Below, piece by piece: positions 57,262-64,000 of a stretch of DNA of 64,000 bases (position 1 is its first letter; each line of letters opens with the position of its first letter). A program made the position numbers and the translations under genes. The stretch spans positions 2,276 through 66,275 of the forward strand of contig JAGXAG010000002.1 in assembly GCA_018971685.1 (NCBI GenBank), given 5' to 3'. The stretch is from Patescibacteria group bacterium (GTDB lineage: Bacteria > Patescibacteriota > Minisyncoccia > Phycocordibacterales > PALSA-1337). Under the pieces are notes generated by a model, which was not told the origin of the DNA, made no database searches, and saw nothing but the letters and a program-made list of their open reading frames with translations.

Positions 57262-57792
57262 ATGAAAAATCAAATGCGTAAATCACCCAATAAATGGTTA
57301 ACAGTGGCGTCGGTATTGACAGCTATCATTGTAGTGTCGACGGCTTTGAATGTGCCCGGCAATCAGTCTCCGTCTCCGGTAGCGGTTTCTAATAATGTTT
57401 CGGTTTCCGGTGAGGCGTCGCTTGCCCTGACGGGTTCTATCGGCGGTACGGTTGATGTCGGACAGGAGCAGACGATTCATTGGATTTCGAGCAATTATTC
57501 CATGCCGACGGTCAGCGTCAGCTTGATCCGCAAAATCGGCGACAATCCGGTGCGTTACAAGCTGGTTCGTGTTATCGCCACCAGCACCGCCAATGACGGA
57601 TCGGCCGTCTGGGTTCCCGCCGCCACCGATGTTGGAAATAATCTGTCTATCGAGATCGGATGCGCCGTAAGCAGCCAGACTTGCCACGGCGCCATCAGTC
57701 CGTCCGACGCAAATCTCGCGGTCGTCAATTCCGGCCGTTTTGCCAATACCGCCGCGGCTTACCGGGCGATTGAGAGGGAGAATAATAAATAA
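57262..57792 (+). CDS. Hypothetical membrane-anchored / secreted protein (176 aa)
   Basis: N-terminal signal anchor LTVASVLTAIIVVSTAL. Ser/Val/Thr-rich extracytoplasmic domain. Confidence 0.5.
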   Translation: MKNQMRKSPNKWLTVASVLTAIIVVSTALNVPGNQSPSPVAVSNNVSVSGEASLALTGSIGGTVDVGQEQTIHWISSNYSMPTVSVSLIRKIGDNPVRYKLVRVIATSTANDGSAVWVPAATDVGNNLSIEIGCAVSSQTCHGAISPSDANLAVVNSGRFANTAAAYRAIERENNK

Positions 57793-57820
57793 TTTCGCGC
57801 ATTGTCTGAAATTTCCGAAG

Positions 57821-57850
57821 AAAACCGCTTATAAAAAAGCGGTTTTCTGA
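57821..57850 (+). terminator. Hairpin terminator (AAAACCGC ... GCGGTTTT)
   Basis: 8-bp stem with an A-rich loop, followed by TTTTCTG, downstream of the 57262 gene. Confidence 0.5.
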
Positions 57851-58002
57851 TAGTGGGTGCTGGAAAGTCTAATTGCTTGCTAGTTCTTTGAAGTTTAGTG
57901 TGGTGGATAACTAACGAAAAAGGCAATATTAAGCTGTGGTTTGTAGGTTCTCAGTTACAAGCCAATTTAAGCATCGTTGTGATGTTGGTGTATACTGACA
58001 CC

Positions 58003-59175
58003 ATGGAACCTCTCGCCTCCAAAATCCGCCCTCAATCTCTCGCCGAATTCGTCGGTCAGGAACATTTAGTAGGCAAGGGAAAGGCCTTGTATCAAGCGAT
58101 TAAAGACAAACATTTATTTTCCTTTATTCTTTGGGGTCCCCCGGGAACGGGGAAAACGACATTAGCGAAAATATACGCAAAGGATATCAATGCCAGGCTT
58201 TATGAGCTTTCCGCCGTTTCTGCCGGCAAAGACGATATAAAGAAGATAATCGCCGAACCAGATACGCTCATGGAAGCCCAGCCCAAGATATTGTTCCTCG
58301 ACGAAATACACCGCTTCAACAAGGCTCAGCAAGACTTCCTCCTGCCGTATGTGGAGAGCGGCAAGCTGACCCTGATCGGCGCCACCACCGAGAACCCCAG
58401 CTTCGAGGTCATTCCGGCCCTCCTGTCTCGCTGTCGGGTATTCGTGCTCCAGTCATTGAATGAGGCCGAGCTCAAGGCCATCGTCAAGAGGACCCGGATA
58501 AAGATGCCCAAGGACGCCATAGACTGGCTGGCCGCTCTGGCCAATGGCGACGCCCGCATAGCCATCACCGCCGTGGAGAATTGTCAGAGGCTATATGGCG
58601 CCATCACTCTCGAGAATCTCAAGAATACCTTCGAGCACGCCTTCATCCGCTTCGACAAGAAGGGCGACGAACACTACGACACCATAAGCGCCTATATCAA
58701 GAGCATGAGAGCAGGGGACGCCGACGCCGCACTCTACTATCTGGCGCGCATGATCGAAGGCGGCGAGGACCCGAAGTTTATTGCCCGTAGGATGGTCGTA
58801 TTCGCTTCAGAGGATATAGGTTTGGCGCAACCCACTGCTTTGATCGTTGCTAATGCTTGTTTTGCCGCAGTAGATGTCATAGGCATGCCTGAAGCACAGA
58901 TCAACCTCGCCCACGGCACCGCTTATCTGGCTTTGGCGGCGAAAGATCGCAGTACCTATAACGCTTATTTTGAAGCGCTGGATGATGTGAAGAGGCTCGG
59001 CAATCAACCTATTCCTCTGAATGTCAGAAACGCTCCGACCAAGTTGATGAAGCAACTCGGTTATCATAAAGGCTATGACATGTATCCCAAGAATCCCGGA
59101 TCGAAAGAAGACAGCTATTTGCCGGAGAAAATTAAAGGGAAGAAGTATTTGAGACTGTCCTATTTACGCAAGTAG
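58003..59175 (+). CDS. rarA: Replication-associated recombination protein A (AAA+ ATPase RarA/MgsA)
   Basis: [22 protein letters not shown]. Walker [11 protein letters not shown]-terminal MgsA_C block ([33 protein letters not shown]). Confidence 0.9.
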   Translation: MEPLASKIRPQSLAEFVGQEHLVGKGKALYQAIKDKHLFSFILWGPPGTGKTTLAKIYAKDINARLYELSAVSAGKDDIKKIIAEPDTLMEAQPKILFLDEIHRFNKAQQDFLLPYVESGKLTLIGATTENPSFEVIPALLSRCRVFVLQSLNEAELKAIVKRTRIKMPKDAIDWLAALANGDARIAITAVENCQRLYGAITLENLKNTFEHAFIRFDKKGDEHYDTISAYIKSMRAGDADAALYYLARMIEGGEDPKFIARRMVVFASEDIGLAQPTALIVANACFAAVDVIGMPEAQINLAHGTAYLALAAKDRSTYNAYFEALDDVKRLGNQPIPLNVRNAPTKLMKQLGYHKGYDMYPKNPGSKEDSYLPEKIKGKKYLRLSYLRK

Positions 59176-59197
59176 ACATAATCGTTGCCGCGAACTT

Positions 59198-60109
59198 TCA
59201 TTTGGCCAAAAAATCGGCCACAAAACTTTCGATGCGTAACAATTCGTCGGGAGCGAACCAATGCACCCCTGAGTCGCGCTTCCACCAGGTCTTCTGCCGC
59301 CTGGCATATTGCCAAATCTTGGTCGAGAGAGTTTCGACAAATTGTTTCTTATCCAATTTTCCCTGAATAAATTGTGCCAAGTAACGATATTCCAACCCGA
59401 GCTCGTCCATCCGTTCGTACGATAATCCGACATCATGCAGCCGTTTCGCTTCTTCGACCATTCCCGCATCTATTCGGCTTATCAAACGATTGCGGATGCG
59501 CATTTTCAATTCATCGTCCTGTATTTTTAGTCCGACGAACAAAGTACTATAATTCATTTGAAGGGGCATGCGTCCCTCCCGTATATTTCGCTTGTCTGAT
59601 CCGGACGCGATTTCAATAGCCCTGATCAGTCGGCGCGGATTTTGCTTTTCTATGTTATCAAACCTGATCGGATCTAAATCTTTCAAAATATTTTGCAATT
59701 CTTCCGTGGATTTCGAATTCAATTTTCGGCGCAATTCGTCATTCGGCGGCACTGGCGGAAACTCAGTATTGTCGATCAAGGCGGAAATATAAAAGCCGGT
59801 GCCGCCGCAGATGATCGGCAATTTATTCTCGGCGTGAAGACAGGCGATCGCCTCGTTGGCGCATTTTCTCCATTGTTCCACGGTAAATCTATCTTTGGGG
59901 TCCGCGATGTCCAAACAGTGGTGCCTTATGCCGCGCATTTCATTCAAGGTGATTTTGCCTGTACCGATATTCAATCCTTTGTAGATTTGTCTTGAGTCCG
60001 CCGAAATGATCTCACCGTTGAATTTTTCAGCCAGTTTCACCGCCAAATCGCTTTTGCCTGTGGCGGTTTGACCGACGATAACCAAAATCTTTGTTCTAAA
60101 AAACTCCAT
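59198..60109 (-). CDS. miaA: tRNA dimethylallyltransferase
   Basis: P-loop GQTATGKS. DSRQIYKGLNIGTGK motif. Start at the internal Met (MEFFRTKILVIVG). Confidence 0.9.
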   Translation of the reverse strand: MEFFRTKILVIVGQTATGKSDLAVKLAEKFNGEIISADSRQIYKGLNIGTGKITLNEMRGIRHHCLDIADPKDRFTVEQWRKCANEAIACLHAENKLPIICGGTGFYISALIDNTEFPPVPPNDELRRKLNSKSTEELQNILKDLDPIRFDNIEKQNPRRLIRAIEIASGSDKRNIREGRMPLQMNYSTLFVGLKIQDDELKMRIRNRLISRIDAGMVEEAKRLHDVGLSYERMDELGLEYRYLAQFIQGKLDKKQFVETLSTKIWQYARRQKTWWKRDSGVHWFAPDELLRIESFVADFLAK

Positions 60110-60182
60110 TTTGGTTTGTTTGTCGTATTCTGCTTTGTCCGACATAGCTTTGCGGAAGCGGAATTATTGATTATTTTACCTG

Positions 60183-60264
60183 TGCCGGGAGGGAGAATCG
60201 AACTCCCATGGATTGCTCCGTACGATTTTGAGTCGTATGCGTCTACCAATTCCGCCATCCCGGC
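60183..60264 (-). tRNA. tRNA-Leu (anticodon CAA), long variable arm
   Basis: The reverse complement reads GCCGGGA...TCCCGGC acceptor. Anticodon stem TACGA/TCGTA, loop CTCAAAA gives CAA. Extra arm. T-loop TTCGATT. Confidence 0.8.
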
Positions 60265-60298
60265 GTTTCATTCAAGTCTACAAGAAATCCAAGGAAAA

Positions 60299-60490
60299 TC
60301 AACAAAGGCCGTCCCTAGAGGCGGCCTTGGCAGCAAGATGCTTCTCAATCCAGCCATCCAATTTTTCTTCGAAAGGCTGTTCTTCGAGATAACTTTCCGA
60401 AGTTCGGATGACTTTAACAGCTTCGACAAACCACGCATCGTCGTCAATACACACGACAAGGATGTGCCAGTGAACAATTTCTGTTTTCAT
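60299..60490 (-). CDS. Hypothetical 63-aa protein; weakly resembles the HuH-motif half of an IS200/IS605-type Y1 transposase
   Basis: HWHILVVCIDDD resembles the TnpA HxH(L/I)L(V/I) block, but an N-terminal half is absent. Sits next to tRNA-Leu. Confidence 0.3.
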   Translation of the reverse strand: MKTEIVHWHILVVCIDDDAWFVEAVKVIRTSESYLEEQPFEEKLDGWIEKHLAAKAASRDGLC

Positions 60491-60533
60491 ACGAACCGTT
60501 TCTTTGCTATAATTATAGAACCGAAAAAATCAA

Positions 60534-61550
60534 ATGACCACCCAATATGTGAATAACGCCATCTTCTGGATAGAGCTGGAAAAGATAAGCCCGAACCCAT
60601 ATCAGCCGCGCCGAGAATTCGACGAAGCCGCCATGAAGAGTTTGGCAGAGTCTATACGAATGTATGGTGTGCTTCAGCCGTTGGTTGTGACCAGGAAGGA
60701 AGTATTCAATGAAACCGGCGGTATGTCAGTCGAATACGAACTCATCTCTGGCGAGCGCAGGTTGCGCGCCGCCAAACTGGCTGGATTGGCGCAAGTGCCG
60801 GCTTTGATACGAAACGGCGAAGACGGCGCCAGGGAAAAGCTTGAGATTGCCATTATCGAAAACCTTCAAAGAGAAGACCTGAATGCAGTCGAGCGCGCGC
60901 GCTCGTTCAACCGGTTGATCAAAGAATTCGGCCTAAAGCAGACTCAAGTCGCCGACAAGGTCGGCAAGAGCCGCGAATATGTCGCCAATACATTGCGCAT
61001 ACTCGCTTTGCCGGACGACATATTGACCGCGCTCGAGGAAGGCAAAATATCCGAAGGGCACACCAGGCCGCTTCTGATGCTTTCGGAAAAACCGGAAGAA
61101 CAGGCGGTTTTATTCAAGGAAATAATGGCCAAAAAGCTCTCGGTGCGTGAAGCCGAGGCCGCCGCGAGAAGGGTGGCGACCGAGCGCGTCCGCAATAAGG
61201 AGAAGTATCTCGATCCGGCCGTTCTTGAATTGGAAAAGAAGCTTAATGAAGCGCTCGGCACGCGCGTCAAAGTCGATCGCACCAACGAAACTGGCGGCAT
61301 TATTAAAATTGACTTCTTCTCGACAGATGATCTACGCATTCTACTGTCGCGTTTGAACGGTGAAACGGCAGGCGCCTTGCCGACTGCAGCCGGTACTCCC
61401 ACCGAGAACCTGATCGGCGGGGTGCGAAGCGATTATCGAGGGGAGTCGGCGGCGGAGGAGGGTGAGGCGCCTGCCGATGACAGGTCTACACGAGAGATCA
61501 AAGAAGAAGAGAATGAAGATATTTATTCTCTGAAGAATTTTTCGGTCTGA
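60534..61550 (+). CDS. parB: ParB/Spo0J-family partition / nucleoid-binding protein (no adjacent parA)
   Basis: ParB box I/II (LQPLVV...YELISGERRLRAAKLAG) and HTH (KQTQVADKVGKSREYVANTLR). Acidic low-complexity C-terminus. Confidence 0.85.
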   Translation: MTTQYVNNAIFWIELEKISPNPYQPRREFDEAAMKSLAESIRMYGVLQPLVVTRKEVFNETGGMSVEYELISGERRLRAAKLAGLAQVPALIRNGEDGAREKLEIAIIENLQREDLNAVERARSFNRLIKEFGLKQTQVADKVGKSREYVANTLRILALPDDILTALEEGKISEGHTRPLLMLSEKPEEQAVLFKEIMAKKLSVREAEAAARRVATERVRNKEKYLDPAVLELEKKLNEALGTRVKVDRTNETGGIIKIDFFSTDDLRILLSRLNGETAGALPTAAGTPTENLIGGVRSDYRGESAAEEGEAPADDRSTREIKEEENEDIYSLKNFSV

Positions 61551-61602
61551 TATCAACAGTCGAAAAACGCACATTGACTGTCAAAGTTAACTTTGTTATG
61601 TT

Positions 61603-61986
61603 GTGTTCGGTTTGAACGACAAAGTATTTATGAATATGACAAAAGAAGTACCTTATCAAAGTTATCTGGACGAGTCCGGCCAATCAGCCGACGCCCAAGC
61701 TGAAACGCGGTTTTTGGAATTCCAAGGAGGCGAAACAGGCGAATGTGGCAAGGCTGCACAACTGTGTTTGGATATGCTGCACGCAGAACTTATCAAAGAA
61801 TTTGGCCCGATGCCTTTGTACGGCAGAAAAAGGCGCCATGCGGCCTCCTGGGTCAAGAGTACGATTAACGAATGGCAGTCGGATGTTCGTGCCAAGGTTT
61901 TTGAAAACCTAACGATGTATTACCACGAAGGAGCCCACATGACCATGATCTTTCAAACCATGAGAAATGTGGAGCAACTATCGTGA
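61603..61986 (+). CDS. Hypothetical protein (127 aa)
   Basis: Intact ORF with typical local GC. No motif recognised. Confidence 0.4.
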   Translation: MFGLNDKVFMNMTKEVPYQSYLDESGQSADAQAETRFLEFQGGETGECGKAAQLCLDMLHAELIKEFGPMPLYGRKRRHAASWVKSTINEWQSDVRAKVFENLTMYYHEGAHMTMIFQTMRNVEQLS

Positions 61987-62016
61987 TTAGCATCAGTTCC
62001 TATACGCAAGAGTCCC

Positions 62017-64000
62017 CTAGCCGACACGGGGATTCTTTTTGACTCTGCGGACGGCTTTCGGTTGAGCCAACAATTCAAGAGCGCGAGCGAGAGTAATTTC
62101 GTAAACATCATCAGGCGCTTTAATGGAGCGGAAATTACCATCAGAAACAACATAAGGACCGAAACGCCCGATCGATGCGACAACATCGAGGCCGGTTTTC
62201 GGATCTACGCCCAAAGTTCTCGGTATGCTCAAGTATTTCATGGCGTCGGCGATAGTTACTCTCATTGGGTCGATGCCTTTTGGTATTGACGCCTTTTTAG
62301 GTTTGATTTTTGATTTCCTATCTTTATTTTGCACCCCCAATTGCACATACGGACCGAAACGGCCATTCAAGACGAATATTGGCAATCCCGTGGCTTGATC
62401 TACGCCGATCGGTTCATCTTTCTTGAATTCCGTGCCATCTAGAGTAAGCGCGCCGTCACAATCTGGATATTTTTCGCATGACAAGAATTTGCCGTTCTTA
62501 CCGAGTTTGATCTCCATGGGCCCGCCACATTTCGGGCATTTAAATTTAGGATCAGCCTTGCCTAGGTTGGTAAGCTTATGAATCTTTTCTTTGGCCTTGA
62601 CTTCTTTGTGGAAAGGCCCGTAAAACTCAGTAAGTGTTTTCAGATAAGTGCGTTCGCCGCCAGCAATCTCATCGAGCTTGTTCTCCATTTCGGCAGTGAA
62701 ACTGTCGCTTATATAGGCAGGGAAGTTTTCTTCCAAGAATGAAGAAACCACTTCACCGGTGTCAGTTGGTTTCAAAGAACGATTTTCTTTGGCTACATAG
62801 CCGCGGTCTTCGATTGTTTTTGATATGGTGGCGTAAGTCGATGGACGGCCTATACCTCTCTTTTCAAGCTCTTTGATAAGGCCGGCCTCGGTATATCGCG
62901 ACGGCGGCTGAGTCTGCTTTTCTTCCGAATCGACCGAGATCAATTGGAGCGATTCATTCTTGGAACATTTCGGCAAAGTCACCTCTTCACCATTGGATTC
63001 CGGATCTGCTTTGAGCCAGCCGTCGAACAATATGCGCGAGCCGGCAGCTTCAAAGTTCGGGATTGCGAAATTATTTCCGTAAAACGATTGACTCGGTGAA
63101 TCGCCCTTAATTCCCGCTTCCGCAGTGGTAACGGTGCTTAGATTAGCTAAAATTTTTGTTTTAGCAAGCTTCGCATCGGCCATTTGTGACGCCACAGTCC
63201 TCTGCCAGATCAACCTATACAGCCTCTTTTGTTCGTCGTTTGTGCCAGCGGACACCTTATTGAAATGAGTCGGCCTGATTGCTTCGTGCGCTTCTTGGGC
63301 GTTCTTGCTCTTGGTAGCGTATGCTCTGAACTGCAAATATTCTTTACCATATTCTTTTTCGATAATTGGCGCAATCTGACCGAGAGCTTGTTTGGAAAGG
63401 GTGGTAGAGTCGGTGCGCATATAAGTAATGTGTCCGGCTTCATACAATTTCTGGGCAATGCCCATGGTCCTGGAAGGGGAGAAGCCGAGGCGCGAGCTGG
63501 CGGCTTGTTGGAGTGTAGAGGTGATGAACGGCGCGCGCGGCGATCTCTTCTGTTCTGATTCTTCGATATCGATGATTTGCCACTTTTCTTTTCTGGCGAT
63601 TTCAATAATGCGTTCGACTTCTGATTTGTCTCGCGGCTCTTCGGAGCAGACGAGTTTTAGCGATTCGTTTGCGGCGGTTTTCCAATTACCGGCTATAATC
63701 CAATAAGTCTCCGGCTTGAAAGCGCGTATTTCGCGCTCGCGCTCCATTATTATTCTCAAGGCGGGTGATTGGACGCGGCCGGCAGAAAGACCATAGCGCA
63801 CTTTCTTCCAAATAAGGCCGGAAAGGTCGTAACCGACTATCCTGTCCAATACGCGGCGGGCTTCTTGGGCCTCCTTCAGGTTTTCGTCAATAGCGCGCGG
63901 ATGTCGAAGGGCATCTTCGACGGCTTCCTTGGTCACTTCGTGGTAGGTTATTCTCTTGATCTTTGAAGCCGGGATCGTGGTTTTAGTCGCGACCTTCTCT
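62017..64000 (-). CDS. topA: DNA topoisomerase I, 3' portion (5' end lies beyond the window)
   Basis: Toprim/cap core blocks (TEAGLIKELEKRGIGRPSTYA). C-terminal zinc ribbons (CPKCGGPMEIKLGKNGKFLSCEKYPDC). The reading frame is open to the window edge. Confidence 0.9.
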   Translation of the reverse strand, partial: EKVATKTTIPASKIKRITYHEVTKEAVEDALRHPRAIDENLKEAQEARRVLDRIVGYDLSGLIWKKVRYGLSAGRVQSPALRIIMEREREIRAFKPETYWIIAGNWKTAANESLKLVCSEEPRDKSEVERIIEIARKEKWQIIDIEESEQKRSPRAPFITSTLQQAASSRLGFSPSRTMGIAQKLYEAGHITYMRTDSTTLSKQALGQIAPIIEKEYGKEYLQFRAYATKSKNAQEAHEAIRPTHFNKVSAGTNDEQKRLYRLIWQRTVASQMADAKLAKTKILANLSTVTTAEAGIKGDSPSQSFYGNNFAIPNFEAAGSRILFDGWLKADPESNGEEVTLPKCSKNESLQLISVDSEEKQTQPPSRYTEAGLIKELEKRGIGRPSTYATISKTIEDRGYVAKENRSLKPTDTGEVVSSFLEENFPAYISDSFTAEMENKLDEIAGGERTYLKTLTEFYGPFHKEVKAKEKIHKLTNLGKADPKFKCPKCGGPMEIKLGKNGKFLSCEKYPDCDGALTLDGTEFKKDEPIGVDQATGLPIFVLNGRFGPYVQLGVQNKDRKSKIKPKKASIPKGIDPMRVTIADAMKYLSIPRTLGVDPKTGLDVVASIGRFGPYVVSDGNFRSIKAPDDVYEITLARALELLAQPKAVRRVKKNPRVG

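Noticed and set aside
60068-60556. 162-aa plus-strand ORF
   Set aside because: Runs straight through the minus-strand tRNA-Leu and the miaA start region, so it is not a gene.

Overview
This 64-kb window is gene-dense, about 50% GC, and almost entirely bacterial housekeeping genes. Several features point to a small-genome Candidate Phyla Radiation (Patescibacteria-like) organism: domain-reduced aminoacyl-tRNA synthetases (AlaRS without the C-terminal C-Ala domain, ProRS without an editing insertion, short ThrRS), a shortened SMC, many small hypothetical and secreted proteins, and domain fusions. This lineage call is an inference. Recognisable content, in order: tRNA-Pro and tRNA-Val; a sensor histidine kinase; zwf; ychF; leuS; a sigma-70 region-4 / HARE-HTH protein; mltG; an orphan response regulator; mnmA; an ATP-cone + Mrr-like nuclease; a family-4/5 UDG; an M3-like metallopeptidase; alaS; a PilM/FtsA-like actin-fold protein with a membrane partner; thermonuclease; trxB; dnaE; rnhB; a PKD-like surface protein; thrS; rpmF; nusB fused to a Nudix-like domain; rnc; smc; a DedA-PAP2 fusion; gpmA; eno; an MFS transporter; frr; rseP; proS; the mreB-mreC-mreD-mrdA operon; greA; lysS; clpB; tRNA-Tyr; alr; rpmG; tRNA-Trp; rarA; miaA; tRNA-Leu (minus strand); parB; and the 3' part of topA running off the window. 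No rRNA, CRISPR array or intact transposon was seen. The items most worth a second look are: (1) a canonical, strongly AT-rich Nudix hydrolase domain inserted in-frame into LeuRS at the editing-domain/catalytic-core junction, plus a second Nudix-like module fused to NusB; (2) a 205-bp near-perfect palindromic element between two convergent genes that supplies the last codons and stop of both; (3) a sigma-70 region-4 + HARE-HTH protein; (4) an ATP-cone-regulated restriction-endonuclease-fold nuclease next to a MazG-like remnant and a UDG; (5) GC-rich, palindrome-containing in-frame insertions in rnhB and smc; (6) small AT-rich islands of orphan ORFs; (7) a recurring CAAGGTCGRAC intergenic motif.
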